DNA of 64,000 nucleotides from assembly GCA_963826715.1 (NCBI GenBank), contig CAWGYA010000006.1:64001-128000 (forward strand), given 5' to 3'. Both the position numbers and the translations under genes were made by a program. Under the pieces are notes generated by a model, which had not been told where the DNA came from, did no database searches, and worked only from the letters and a program-made list of their open reading frames with translations. Below, in pieces: positions 1 through 10,225 of the stretch. The stretch's first letter is position 1. Every line of letters starts with the position of its first letter. Origin of the DNA: Candidatus Bathyarchaeota archaeon (lineage in GTDB: Archaea; Thermoproteota; Bathyarchaeia; Bathyarchaeales; Bathycorpusculaceae).

Positions 1-23
1 TTCATAAAAATTATAGAAAAAAT

Positions 24-428
24 TTAGGGAAAGAATATGGAGGGATAACTCACTCCAAACAGTGCTCCGACAATAAAGCTTAGTACGATAAAGATAACCC
101 ATGCCAGGACTGCAATCATTATGGCACGAATCCAACCTGTTTGGAAACTAGCTTTGTAAACCCAAATCCAAGCTACAAGCGCAAGTATATAGCCAAATAC
201 AAATGCACTGGTTCCAATGACTGCACTCAAGAAAAAGTCCACTACAAAAGTTACAATAAAAAATATTATTGGTCCCGCCAAAGTAGCTAGTAGAGCATCG
301 CCGAAAGTTGCTTTTCCACCTGTTATGGCTTTACCTGCCAACCAAACAGGTATAGAGATGACAATCCAGAGAATTATCAAACTTATTATTGTAAAAAGCA
401 CATTTGGGACTGATAACTCAAAAACCAA
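24..428 (-). CDS. Hypothetical 4-TM membrane protein
   Basis: 134-aa hydrophobic ORF with four TM-like stretches. Confidence 0.75.
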   Translation of the reverse strand: MVFELSVPNVLFTIISLIILWIVISIPVWLAGKAITGGKATFGDALLATLAGPIIFFIVTFVVDFFLSAVIGTSAFVFGYILALVAWIWVYKASFQTGWIRAIMIAVLAWVIFIVLSFIVGALFGVSYPSIFFP

Positions 429-506
429 GCAAAATCCTCAACTACAGTAACAAGCGCAAATATATAAGCGTACCTTGATTGACAAACTAGCTTTTCAATT
501 TTGAGA

Positions 507-1032
507 TTAATAAATCACATTCCAATTGTTATTCTCTGCTAACGGTTTTTGCTGCATTGCCGCAACGAGTTCTTCAAGTCTATCATAAGAATCAGTGACG
601 CCTTCCTCCGTGCCACTTTGCACCATTCCATCCCTGTCGGCAACAGACAAAAAAACATCTTGAGCAGCCAATTTGGGCCGCCCACCGGGTAACTCTTCAA
701 ATTTCGTAATTTCTAAACTTACATGCCCTTTTTCTGATAAGCCTTCATATTCAAAAGTACCAATAACACGCTCTGGTGCAAGAACTTCATGGTAGAAACC
801 ATGGAAAGCGAATTTGTTTCCTTTTTCGTCTTCATTTATAAATCGATAGCTTCCACCATTTTTTGATTCGAGCTTTTCAAATTCTGTTGTAAGGCCTTCT
901 TGGTCCAAGCCACTGTGAATAGAGCTTTGGATCAGTAAATGCTTTGAAAACAAGTTCTCTTGGAGCATCAAGTTCTCTGACGATAAATCTCCTGTTTCCA
1001 GGCTCAACAATCATTTTAGTTTTATTTACCAT
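507..1032 (-). pseudogene. SRPBCC/AHSA1-like protein, frameshifted
   Basis: ATG at 1032 gives [39 protein letters not shown]; the C-terminal half (FHGFYHEVLAPERVIGTFEYEG..SYDRLEEL) is in another frame; shift near 895. Confidence 0.8.
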
Positions 1033-1112
1033 AAAAGATCACTAACTTATTGTAATTAACAAAATATCAATAATGACAATAGTCTTAACTGTCCTAAAAA
1101 AAAGAATTGGTC

Positions 1113-1637
1113 CTAACGTTTTGTAGATAGGAGCTTTATGGTTGCTTTGCAAAAATCGGGCAAGTCATGAGGAGAACGCGAAGTCACAATATTTCCGTCC
1201 ACGACGGCAGGTTCATCTACAACCGTGGCGCCCGCATTTTTAAGATCTGTTCTAACTGAAGGCCAGCTTGTGACTGTCTTTCCTCGAACAATATCCGCTT
1301 CAATGAGCATTTGAGGACCATGACAAACTGCAGCAATAACTTTGCCTTTACGATTTGCTTCCTCTACCAGTTTGACTATATCTGAATAAATCCTCATACG
1401 GTCGGGCGCTTGACCTCCAGGAATAATTATTGCATCGTAATCATCCAAATCAATGTCACTTGGTGAAAACTCTGATGTGAAAGAGACACCACGTTTACCA
1501 ACATATTCTTTTTTTGAAAGCGGCGCAACAATGTCCATTTTGAAGCCCTCCTCTTGAAAACGGTAATAAGGATAGATAAATTCTGAATCCTCAACACCTT
1601 TTTCTAAGAGAATTAATATTTTCTTCAACTTTTTCAC
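1113..1637 (-). CDS. pfpI: PfpI/DJ-1 family protein
   Basis: EDSE, IIPGG.APD, AVCHGPQ and VTSRSPHDL motifs. Confidence 0.92.
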   Translation of the reverse strand: MKKLKKILILLEKGVEDSEFIYPYYRFQEEGFKMDIVAPLSKKEYVGKRGVSFTSEFSPSDIDLDDYDAIIIPGGQAPDRMRIYSDIVKLVEEANRKGKVIAAVCHGPQMLIEADIVRGKTVTSWPSVRTDLKNAGATVVDEPAVVDGNIVTSRSPHDLPDFCKATIKLLSTKR

Positions 1638-1672
1638 CAGAAATCGGTAAAAAATTTAAGGATTCTTTGAAT

Positions 1673-1837
1673 TTAGTCTTTGTTTTTACGCCAAGTTGAA
1701 TAACAAATCGCTGAAATTTGCTCGTTTGACCGTTTTTCACCATCAGACTTGCTATTATTCTCTTCGTGCATGAACTTTTCGCATCTTGAAATATAATCTC
1801 TCTCAGACTCATCTGTTTTCGGTTTAGGAACAGGCAT
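1673..1837 (-). CDS. 54-aa protein MPVPKPKTDESERDYISRC..QISAICYSTWR (not in ORF track)
   Basis: Manual translation ATG 1837 to TAA 1673; the PxPKPxxxESxxDxISRC...QxxAICYSxWR pattern recalls small phage-associated domains. Confidence 0.75.
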   Translation of the reverse strand: MPVPKPKTDESERDYISRCEKFMHEENNSKSDGEKRSNEQISAICYSTWRKNKD

Positions 1838-1993
1838 ATAAACACCAAATTAATGAATTCAATTCTTGATTCATTAGGATATGTGATTGGTATACCACAG
1901 TAACAATCGGTTATATCTGGCTAACTCATTTGATAGTGTAACAAGAAGTGCTTGTGGAAGATAGAAGCATACTAATTAAATGGAGATTTGTGA

Positions 1994-2398
1994 GTGGGAA
2001 AAGCAAGGGCAATACTATCTATAGTTGCAATAGTAATATTATTAGTCGCAGGCTTCGCTGTATATGCTGGAGTAACTTATCCCAGAACAACTGCTGATAT
2101 ACAAGTCTCGTTTACGGTGGGCGCAGACGAGAAAAAAATAGCCTTTGATCAACCATTCCTAGACGACAAGGCTCAGATTCAAGTAACTGTAGAGACGGGT
2201 GCTGCTCTGTGGCGAGCCCAAATCTTAAACGGTGATGAAATCATCTGGGAACATTCGGCAGCACAAGGTGAGCAACAAAGTTACAACAGCGGCTGGATTT
2301 TACTTCAAAGCGAAAACTACAATTTCACTTTCGGAACCATAGGCATCGGATCACTTGATGCAACTGCCACTGTTTCTTCTAAAGGCGGCTTCTGGTAA
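1994..2398 (+). CDS. Hypothetical membrane-anchored protein
   Basis: N-terminal TM followed by a beta-rich domain. Confidence 0.75.
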   Translation: MGKARAILSIVAIVILLVAGFAVYAGVTYPRTTADIQVSFTVGADEKKIAFDQPFLDDKAQIQVTVETGAALWRAQILNGDEIIWEHSAAQGEQQSYNSGWILLQSENYNFTFGTIGIGSLDATATVSSKGGFW

Positions 2399-2426
2399 AA
2401 ACAGGTTTTTGGGAGAGAACTATGAC

Positions 2427-2741
2427 ATGTCTGGAACTTCTGTTTCTATATTATCTTATTATCTAGTACTTATTGGCGGAATATTGATGATTCTTTTCGG
2501 ATTGCTGGGATTAATTGCAGATTTTGGCAGTTTCATCTTTCATTGGAGTTTTTCTTACGGAGGAATCGTGACCTTGATAATGGGTGTTATTGCTATTATT
2601 GGTTCAAGAAGTGTGAAAATACTTGTTTGGGCGGTTGTGCTGATTATCGTTGGCCTAATTGGTGGTGGAGTAGGCGGATTGCTTGTTGTTCTTGGGGGAT
2701 TAGTCGGCTTAATATCATCGCTGATAAAAAAAGTCGGATGA
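2427..2741 (+). CDS. Gly-rich small membrane protein
   Basis: Hydrophobic ORF; probable ATG at 2427. Confidence 0.7.
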   Translation: MSGTSVSILSYYLVLIGGILMILFGLLGLIADFGSFIFHWSFSYGGIVTLIMGVIAIIGSRSVKILVWAVVLIIVGLIGGGVGGLLVVLGGLVGLISSLIKKVG

Positions 2742-2750
2742 TGAAGAAAT

Positions 2751-2960
2751 GTGGGATTCGGTAGCTATATTGGAGGTTTGGCAACCTGCGTGCTACCAGT
2801 ACTAATAGCGGTTCTCGGATTCGCAATCTTGCGGGGATTTTTTCCATTGATACCAAATAGCTTTAACATTATTTTAGGAATTGTTGTTTTAATTATAGCC
2901 TTGGTTACCTTCCCTTCGGAAGGTATCTGTATTCTTCCGCAAAACCAAAAGGAACTATAA
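2751..2960 (+). CDS. Small membrane protein
   Basis: 69-aa 2-TM ORF directly after the previous gene. Confidence 0.5.
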   Translation: MGFGSYIGGLATCVLPVLIAVLGFAILRGFFPLIPNSFNIILGIVVLIIALVTFPSEGICILPQNQKEL

Positions 2961-3111
2961 ACGTTCACAAAGTATAATTGGGGTATTTCGCTGAAAGCAT
3001 GTTGTTCGTTCTTGTTACTGCCATTTGCTCTCCCGAAATCGCGTCAATTTCGTATGAACTATCACCATTAACTTAATCTTTAAACCTGAAATCATAAAAC
3101 CCACCCATAAT

Positions 3112-3482
3112 TCAGCTCACCGCTTTCTTCAAGAGGGCGACGATCCTTGCCTCTTCGGCGGCAGTCAACTTCTTCAGTGCAAAGGCGACCGTCCACATTG
3201 CCGTTGTCAAGATTTGCCTCGTGCTGAAAACCGAACGTAACGTACCTCGTTTTGAACTTCTCTGCGCTTTGGAAGAAGCAGACGACCTTGCCGTCCTTGG
3301 CAAACGCGGGCAGCCCATACCAGGTTTTCGGCGGAGAACTGGTGCGTTGACTTTGATGATCGCATGGAGCTTCTCGCCAATAGCGCGGACCGGTTCTGAC
3401 ATGGCAGCAATCACTCTAGCACGGCACTTTCGCCAGTCGTCTTGTCCATCGGCTTAGTCGATTCTTTCTTTGAAGTTTTCAT
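3112..3482 (-). pseudogene. DUF1801 (YdhG-like) protein, multiple frameshifts
   Basis: Fragments GESAVL / [20 protein letters not shown] / [15 protein letters not shown], with the intervening region out of frame; GC-rich. Confidence 0.75.
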
Positions 3483-3487
3483 TTTCT

Positions 3488-3994
3488 CTAGCCTTCATAT
3501 GCTTTTTCTAGGTCTTTGATGACAATCTTTTTCATCTTAAGCATTGCATCCATGACTCTTTTTGCTTTAATTTTATCTTTGTCAGTTAGTAGTTCGCCCA
3601 TTCGCTTAGGAATAATCTGCCATGAGAGGCCGTACTTATCTTTCAGCCAACCGCATACCTCAGACTCTGGAACCGCCGATAGCTTTTCCCAATAGTAATC
3701 AACCTCTTCTTGATCCGCGCACTCTACATAGAAAGATGTCGCCTCTGTGAACTTGAATATTGGGCCTCCATCAAGTGCCATAAAACGCTGTCCGTTAAGC
3801 TCAAATATAGCTGTCAGAATCTTTCCTTCCATCCCCTTAACTGGAATGTTCGATGGTTCCTCCGGGTAACGTTGAATGCTTACTATCACTGAGTTTTTAG
3901 AGCTCTTAGGAGAGGAATTAAAAATTGATATATAGAATTTTATAGCTTCCTCAGCTTCTTTATCAAACCATAAACAAGGAACAATTTTTTGCAC
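3488..3994 (-). CDS. VOC/PhnB-like (3-dmu-9_3-mt) protein
   Basis: MQKIVPCLWFD, FMALDGGP, CGWLKDKYGLSWQI. Confidence 0.92.
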   Translation of the reverse strand: MQKIVPCLWFDKEAEEAIKFYISIFNSSPKSSKNSVIVSIQRYPEEPSNIPVKGMEGKILTAIFELNGQRFMALDGGPIFKFTEATSFYVECADQEEVDYYWEKLSAVPESEVCGWLKDKYGLSWQIIPKRMGELLTDKDKIKAKRVMDAMLKMKKIVIKDLEKAYEG

Positions 3995-4429
3995 AGTTCA
4001 TCAACCTTTTTTTCGATAAAATTCGATGAATTGCTTGTTGACGTTTTATTATTTTAGGCTTTGTAGTTGTATTCTTACAGTCACAGGTTAAGGTTCTGTT
4101 TAACGTTTTTCAGGGGTTATTTTTTCGCTGGGTTGCTTAACAATCGTTTCACAATCAAAATGATCCTGTTTTTATTTCTATGTCCCGCACGTAGGTAGTC
4201 ACTAATACGCCAGTTGTTGAAATCTTGCGTTCTAGGAGCTTAAAAGAAGCTGCCATAATGATACCTATAGGATCATTTCAAGGTCAAAGTTTTGGCTTGA
4301 AACTCCATTAACGTTTACACTAAAATGCAAAACCGTGGGACCCTCGTTATGAATTCAGAAGGATTAAGTTTGATATCAAAAAAGAGGGGAAAATGGGAAA
4401 ACCTAAATTTCTTTTTCTTCCACTCAATA

Positions 4430-4683
4430 TTGCAGATCTGGTCTGAGCCTTATTGTCGAACGCAGCCCATCTAAACCACGTCTTAGCTGCAACAGATTCG
4501 TTCGCCGCTTGGAATCGCTGCATCATGGAGTAGATGCTTCAACAGCACATGACCAGCCCACAAAGGCAAAGACTTAGTCGCGGGCCAATCGTTCGCTGTT
4601 TAGAGTGGCTCACATCTGTGCCTTGTGCATGCGTCTAAAGCTTGCTCCCAGACCTGTAACTACAATTAGAGCAGGGTCTGCTA
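4430..4683 (-). ncRNA. Putative unannotated structured RNA (about 250 nt)
   Basis: Nested stems with many G-U pairs on the minus strand; TATA-like TTTTATAG at 4711-4704 upstream; T-rich tract at 4402-4378 downstream. Confidence 0.6.
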
Positions 4684-4781
4684 TAAATTTTGTGACATAT
4701 ATGCTATAAAAGCAAACAAAAATGTATCATTTAGTACAACAGTTTGGGTAAACTCAGAAAAAAAATTTAATACCAACCCGG

Positions 4782-4799
4782 TAACTATACATATAGTTA
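4782..4799. promoter_or_regulatory. Palindrome TAACTATA-CA-TATAGTTA
   Basis: Perfect 8-bp inverted repeat upstream of the putative ncRNA promoter. Confidence 0.35.
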
Positions 4800-4878
4800 T
4801 CCAAACGGCAAAAAATTACTTGTCAACTCTAAAGGTTTAGATTCTTCACAACTCAAGCAAGCAATTGATTCCAAAAAT

Positions 4879-5223
4879 TTATTCTAAATCTTTTACAATA
4901 CAGCTCATCTGTGAGATAACTTCTTTCTGCAGAGTATTCACAAGTTCGAAAGTTAAATCGTCGATAACTTGATGAATGTCAGGATCCACAATGGAGTACA
5001 TGCGTTTGGTTCCATCTTTACGACAACGGATTATGCCTACGTCCCGAAGGATTTTTAGATGTCTAGATACAACGGGTTGAATGAGGTTCAGGTGAGGAAC
5101 GATTTCACAGACACATTTTTCGCCGTCACGTAGAAAAGAGAGAATTTCTAAGCGGTCAGCTGAGGATAGAGCGTGGAATACTTGGGCTTTGAAGCGGAGT
5201 CGGGTAGAAGTTTGTAGGGTCAT
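4879..5223 (-). CDS. ArsR/SmtB transcriptional regulator
   Basis: FHALSSADRLEIL..GEKCVCEI..VSRHLKIL. Confidence 0.92.
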   Translation of the reverse strand: MTLQTSTRLRFKAQVFHALSSADRLEILSFLRDGEKCVCEIVPHLNLIQPVVSRHLKILRDVGIIRCRKDGTKRMYSIVDPDIHQVIDDLTFELVNTLQKEVISQMSCIVKDLE

Positions 5224-5278
5224 AGTTTTAAAAGAAATTCATAACAATATTAAAATATATTGATGGTTAAATGATTTT

Positions 5279-5584
5279 TTGAAGTTGAAACCAATGCCAA
5301 AAGAAGAAACCTACCAAGGAATCCCACGAGAACTAATCCCTTGGGAACCAAAAATTAACTACACAAAATGTACTACCTGCGGCAAATGTGTAGACTTCTG
5401 CCATAATCAAGCGTTCGGATACGAGGAAGAAAATGGAAAAAGAAAAACCGTCGTAACAGACCCAAACGCTTGTGTAATCTTCTGCCACGGATGCGAGGAT
5501 ATCTGTCCCTCAGGCGCAATCACCCATCCCTCAGATGAGGAAACGCAACATCTCATTGAGAAACTAAAACAGAACAAAAAGTGA
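5279..5584 (+). CDS. 2x[4Fe-4S] ferredoxin
   Basis: CTTCGKCVDFC and CVIFCHGCEDICP. Confidence 0.9.
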   Translation: MKLKPMPKEETYQGIPRELIPWEPKINYTKCTTCGKCVDFCHNQAFGYEEENGKRKTVVTDPNACVIFCHGCEDICPSGAITHPSDEETQHLIEKLKQNKK

Positions 5585-5743
5585 TTTGAGGGCAGGAGCA
5601 GGAAAAAGCTCTTGTTCATTCACATTGAAAATTCTGGTAAAAGGCATTACATCATTTTCTTGAACTAAATAACATCGTTCATTATATATTTAGGAAGTTT
5701 TGTCATGAAAAAAATAGAAAACAAGTTCCCAAAAATAAAGAAA

Positions 5744-6337
5744 TCAGGAAATATGGGTATGTTTCTGGGTGTTCATACCATACCAAAAGAAAACTTTAAC
5801 AACAACCGCAGTTAAAACGGCAGCAAGCATGCGCGCCAAAACTGTTAAAGCAAATCCAAGGACACCCGTTACAACGTTTGCAGTTGACATTTGGAATACA
5901 ACAAACAAAACTAATCCCCCAATTGTTGAAGCAACCAAACCCGAAAGGAGCAGTCTTTTGAAGTTATCTGACCGCTTATTTAACGCGCCAGCCATATAGC
6001 CGATTAACATTGGACTGACGATGTATGCTAAAAGAACCGTCCCTGAATCAGGATATCCATGGAAACTGTTTGCCCAATATAATGCATAGAATGTACCCAT
6101 TAGAAAGCCTGAGGATCCACCAGCCCATTGATTCCACAATAAACCAAGTGCCAATGGAACACCGACTATAATTACAAGTTCTAGTATTTCCATTGTAAGC
6201 CCAGTAACTATTCCAAAGCCGCCACCAATTAGTGCTGGGAGTTTTGAAATTAATATAATTACAAAAACTGCAATCACAGGGAGGATAATTCCGAAAAGGA
6301 GATCGTTTTTTGTCCATTTTTTCCAATCCAAGCTCAT
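5744..6337 (-). CDS. Membrane protein (6 TM)
   Basis: Hydrophobic 197-aa ORF. Confidence 0.8.
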   Translation of the reverse strand: MSLDWKKWTKNDLLFGIILPVIAVFVIILISKLPALIGGGFGIVTGLTMEILELVIIVGVPLALGLLWNQWAGGSSGFLMGTFYALYWANSFHGYPDSGTVLLAYIVSPMLIGYMAGALNKRSDNFKRLLLSGLVASTIGGLVLFVVFQMSTANVVTGVLGFALTVLARMLAAVLTAVVVKVFFWYGMNTQKHTHIS

Positions 6338-6491
6338 AAATGATGCACCGTGTTAGAAACAATGTACTTTATAGTTACATATGAATATTGCTATGGGCTC
6401 TATAAAGCATTGAACGCACAAAAATTGATTTGCAAATAAGACAGTACGTATTTATTTGTAAAGCCCATTCAATACTAAAATAATATTCAAT

Positions 6492-6579
6492 GCAGGGGTC
6501 GCCAAGCCAGGTCAAAGGCGTAGGCTTCAGGAGCCTATCCCGCAGGGGTTCGTGGGTTCAAATCCCACCCCCTGCACCA
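6492..6579 (+). tRNA. tRNA-Leu(CAG)
   Basis: Cloverleaf with long variable arm; anticodon arm TAGGC-TT-CAG-GA-GCCTA; encoded CCA. Confidence 0.97.
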
Positions 6580-6714
6580 AATAGCAGACTATTGGGGGTC
6601 AACCTCAAAGAAACCTTGGCAAAACAGTTTATAAAAAAATTTTACGTATTTGTTTCTTTTTTACCATGTACTAGTTTCCCAGTTTATTGGACAAGTTCAA
6701 TAATTCTAAATAAA

Positions 6715-7020
6715 TCAGGGAATATTCTCTTCAACTAGTTTCTCGGCTTGTTCTTCAGATAGATAGTCAGATAAGTACAGTTTGATGAGATCTCTTAGAG
6801 CTTTCCGTCTCACTTCCTTGTTCTTTTCAGTGTTTGACGCATCATTAATACAACTATTTTGATTGTTAATTATGCTAGTTGGGTTATTGACGTCGTAATT
6901 TTGATTGTGGAGGTCACTTTTTGGATCATTCAGGTAGCTATTGAGATTGCTGTCTTGAGTTTGCAAATCTTTGACAATTTTTCTAAATAATGCACCGATT
7001 GTTATAGGCATAAAAAACAC
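6715..7020 (-). CDS. Hypothetical protein
   Basis: 101-aa ORF, no motif recognised. Confidence 0.5.
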   Translation of the reverse strand: MFFMPITIGALFRKIVKDLQTQDSNLNSYLNDPKSDLHNQNYDVNNPTSIINNQNSCINDASNTEKNKEVRRKALRDLIKLYLSDYLSEEQAEKLVEENIP

Positions 7021-7238
7021 TTCCTGTAACTGGGCTATATTAAAAGTAAACCGAGCTTATTAGACTATTAGGTTCTTTCCTTCACGAATATATCAATTTC
7101 TTTTTTTAATCAATCATCTACCAGATCTCCTCACTAACACACAGACAAAGAAAGAAGAGTTAACTGAAGGTTTTGTTTCTTCATGGGTGCCAATGCATGA
7201 ACACGAATTTTTGGGTTTCAATGAAATTCCTGATTTTC

Positions 7239-8135
7239 TTAAACTAATGCTTTTCTTCCGCCTCTGGTACTAAGCCGCCAAACGAAAAAGGCTTCAACAA
7301 ACAAAAGGAAGCAGGCAACAGCAACAAAAGTAAGACCTAACGGAAACACATATCCCGAAACATTGTTCAGTGACAGCACAGCCGACAAAATCATGAACAC
7401 ACCACCAACTGCGAAGAGCGCGAAGTACCCTTTTCTGGTTTTCTTTTTCTTTTTAAGCCAGCCTCCGAGATAAACCAGCACTATACCTGTTAAGAGACTC
7501 ATCGGAGGAATGATGCTGGTTGAGAGAATTAGGTTTTTGCCACCCATAGCAAAGTCAGGATTAATCAACGCATAAAGGATTAGCAGTGAAAAAGAAGCCA
7601 AAGCAAGCCATCTATCAAATAGTTGCCCGTTCGCCGCTGGCCCGTAGGTCCGACGCCAAGGGACAGCTTTTGACTCTTTCAAGTCAGGATCAGACAGCTT
7701 GGTTGTTTCTCGAGATTTTTCATTGATGAAGCAAACTCGGTCAGGCGGATTCTGATCTATTAGTTCAGGTTTGCAGGCACCATCTCTTAATGTTGCAGTC
7801 AAGGTGTAGCGACCCCTCTTCACAAGTCTGGAAAAGGGGAAAAGCCACTCGACACCTCTGTCTTTCTCCGTGGTGAAGGAATCTATAAAGCTATGGAGGA
7901 ATGCGCCTACTGCAAGCCAAACGTTCACAAAAAACAATCCCGACAGGAAAAGAAGGTTATGAAAAAGCGCCCGATGATACTGTTCTTCTCGAAAAGCTTT
8001 AGGACTTACGAATAGGTATTCGCGGTCCAGATCGGGGATAAAACTACCTATGCCCGCCAACAAAGTGAAGTAAGGGTTGCCAGTTAAGACAGCTGTGACA
8101 ACGCCAGCAAAAAAGATGTGAGTCCCAAGATTCAA
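7239..8135 (-). CDS. Membrane metal-dependent hydrolase (YbcI/DUF457-like)
   Basis: TH...PDLD...HRALFH...HSFID motifs. Confidence 0.85.
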   Translation of the reverse strand: MNLGTHIFFAGVVTAVLTGNPYFTLLAGIGSFIPDLDREYLFVSPKAFREEQYHRALFHNLLFLSGLFFVNVWLAVGAFLHSFIDSFTTEKDRGVEWLFPFSRLVKRGRYTLTATLRDGACKPELIDQNPPDRVCFINEKSRETTKLSDPDLKESKAVPWRRTYGPAANGQLFDRWLALASFSLLILYALINPDFAMGGKNLILSTSIIPPMSLLTGIVLVYLGGWLKKKKKTRKGYFALFAVGGVFMILSAVLSLNNVSGYVFPLGLTFVAVACFLLFVEAFFVWRLSTRGGRKALV

Positions 8136-8376
8136 AACTAAAACCTAATAAAAAATAGGCTGTTGCTAAAATAAAAAGATTTTTCAGTTTTGCAGGCGGA
8201 AGCAATTAGAATAAAATCAAATCATATTACCAGCTTCTCTAAAAGTTTCGACTCTTAGTTTCTTGTCCAGCACTTAGAATTATTAAGAAATGCTCAACCT
8301 TCATAATGTGGGTGTGGCTTCACAGTCACATACGTTTAACTCCTTAAAAGGCCATCTAAAGATTAGAGAGTTTATT

Positions 8377-8535
8377 ATGAATACATGGTTAACGATTGCT
8401 ATTATTATTGTAATACTTTGGGCTATTGGATTCTTTGCTTTGCCGGGCATAGGTTCACTAATACACATACTACTCGTGATTGCAGTAATCTTAGTGCTTG
8501 TTTGGTTATTCACAGGCAAAAAATTATGGAAATAA
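8377..8535 (+). CDS. lmo0937-family small membrane protein
   Basis: LWAIGF..GSLIHILLVIAVI; ATG at 8377. Confidence 0.8.
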   Translation: MNTWLTIAIIIVILWAIGFFALPGIGSLIHILLVIAVILVLVWLFTGKKLWK

Positions 8536-8578
8536 ACCCCGCTCTCTTTTTTCCCCTAAAAAATTTGGAGAAGTAAAA

Positions 8579-9277
8579 ATGTTTGGCCAAAGATATCAAC
8601 CCACACAATCAGTCAACATATTTATTGCCGCACTCAACGAAGAAGAAGGAATAGGTGCGACAATCTCTGAGCTTTCAGAGAACATCAACGCGAATCGCAT
8701 TCTATTAATCGATGGTCACAGCCAGGACCGAACAGTTGAAATTGCCAAAGAAAATGGCGCAGAAATCTTTTTCCAAGAGGACAAAGGCAAAGGCGATGCG
8801 TTGAAAAAGGCAGTGCAGTGCATGGGTAAAGATGTCGAGTATGTAGTTATCACTGACGCTGACTTTACTTATCCATCCGAAAATGTGCCTGAAATGATAC
8901 AAATCCTTCAAAATAATCCCCAGATAGGTATGGTTTGCGGGAACAGATTCAGTAAACAAACAGCAGGAAATGCCTTCAAAGGTCGGTTTACATTTGGAAA
9001 CAAATTATTGGCTTTTGCTCACAATATTCTTAACGGAATAGATTTGAAAGATCCATTAACTGGATTGAGGGTTATTCGTGCAGATATACTCAGGAATTGG
9101 GTTATTAAATCGAAAGGTTTTGACATAGAAGTTGAATTGAATCATCAGGTTGATAAGCAAGGATTTGAGACAATTGAAGTTCCGATTGAGTATCGTGAGC
9201 GATTAGGCAAGAAAAAATTGAAAATGAAGCATGGCGCATCCATTCTGAAAAGAATCGTATTAGAAAGCTTCAATTAG
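8579..9277 (+). CDS. GT2 glycosyltransferase (DPM1-like)
   Basis: ALNEE, DGHSQDRT, GKG, DADFTY, GFDIEVE, YRERLG. Confidence 0.9.
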   Translation: MFGQRYQPTQSVNIFIAALNEEEGIGATISELSENINANRILLIDGHSQDRTVEIAKENGAEIFFQEDKGKGDALKKAVQCMGKDVEYVVITDADFTYPSENVPEMIQILQNNPQIGMVCGNRFSKQTAGNAFKGRFTFGNKLLAFAHNILNGIDLKDPLTGLRVIRADILRNWVIKSKGFDIEVELNHQVDKQGFETIEVPIEYRERLGKKKLKMKHGASILKRIVLESFN

Positions 9278-9599
9278 CACAATTTAATATGACGCCTGTA
9301 GAAATATTTGGCGGGGTATATCGCGCCGATGCAATAAAATCCTGAAAGCCCTAGGCAAAAGATTTTTTCCTCTTGACCGCACTAAGTGTTGACCAAGAGT
9401 GTGCTTCTTCTACTTGACATAGAACAATGTTTTTTTAATGTCTGATGATTAGATTCTAAGTTTAAAACCTCTTTCTCTGTGGAATCAAATTTTGAAAGAG
9501 GTCGGTAGCACTGTAAGGTCATGATTCTGATTTCTAATCCAGCTGAAAATATTTTATTAACACTTTGATTTTAAATAAATCTAATTATAGAGAAGGCAG

Positions 9600-9833
9600 T
9601 TATTCTGAATACGTTGGTTCATAAGGTGTGAGAATTTGCTCTGAAATTAAATAAACACCATCATCTAATAACATATTGAGGTTATTCTTTTTGATAAAAT
9701 CTTCAACAGCGTCAAGAGATTCACTATCTACTATATTATTATCCATGAACTTTAAGACAAGACCATCATGTAGAGTCTCAAGGATTTGCACATCTATTTT
9801 GCACTTTTTATTTAATTCTCTTTTTAAAATCAT
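9600..9833 (-). CDS. Hypothetical protein
   Basis: 77-aa ORF, GGTGA RBS-like sequence upstream. Confidence 0.5.
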   Translation of the reverse strand: MILKRELNKKCKIDVQILETLHDGLVLKFMDNNIVDSESLDAVEDFIKKNNLNMLLDDGVYLISEQILTPYEPTYSE

Positions 9834-10225
9834 CGCATCAAATATTCTAATTCCTAAGTCACCCCCAACAATTTTTTAAATAACACAAAAACTGGTTGGT
9901 TATTGTTAAATCAATAATGTTGTTTGACCCTTAAGTTTGTTTCCATTATATCCAAACACACAATTTTAATAATAATAGTGAACGCAGACCTTATTCGAAA
10001 AAAGAATCTAAAAAAATCAAAATGTTCTTTATCACATTATTGTCGTCAATATTCAAAACTCAAATTCTTAAAAATATTCTCAATGAAATTGCCGACAAAA
10101 ATAATTTCAAATATGAATAAAAATCAATACGATGAATATAGAAATAATTGTAGCTATAATGGCAGTAGAAAAATAGGCGTTGGGGTTGAATCCCCCTTCA
10201 AAAAAATAGTTATTCTTGGTTATAA

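Noticed and set aside
1591-1848. 85-aa ORF in the track
   Set aside because: Overlaps pfpI; the nested 54-aa frame looks far more protein-like
4430-4683. SRP RNA, RNase P/MRP or group I intron identity
   Set aside because: CAGGTCTGGGAGCAAG lacks the helix-8 GNRA loop; ACAATAAGGCTCA resembles CR-V but there is no GAGGAAAGUCC with bulged U; no convincing P7 core
6490-6738. 82-aa ORF
   Set aside because: Overlaps tRNA-Leu; spurious
9273-9420. Short minus-strand frame interrupted by TAG (pyrrolysine readthrough?)
   Set aside because: No family resemblance and no pyl genes in the window
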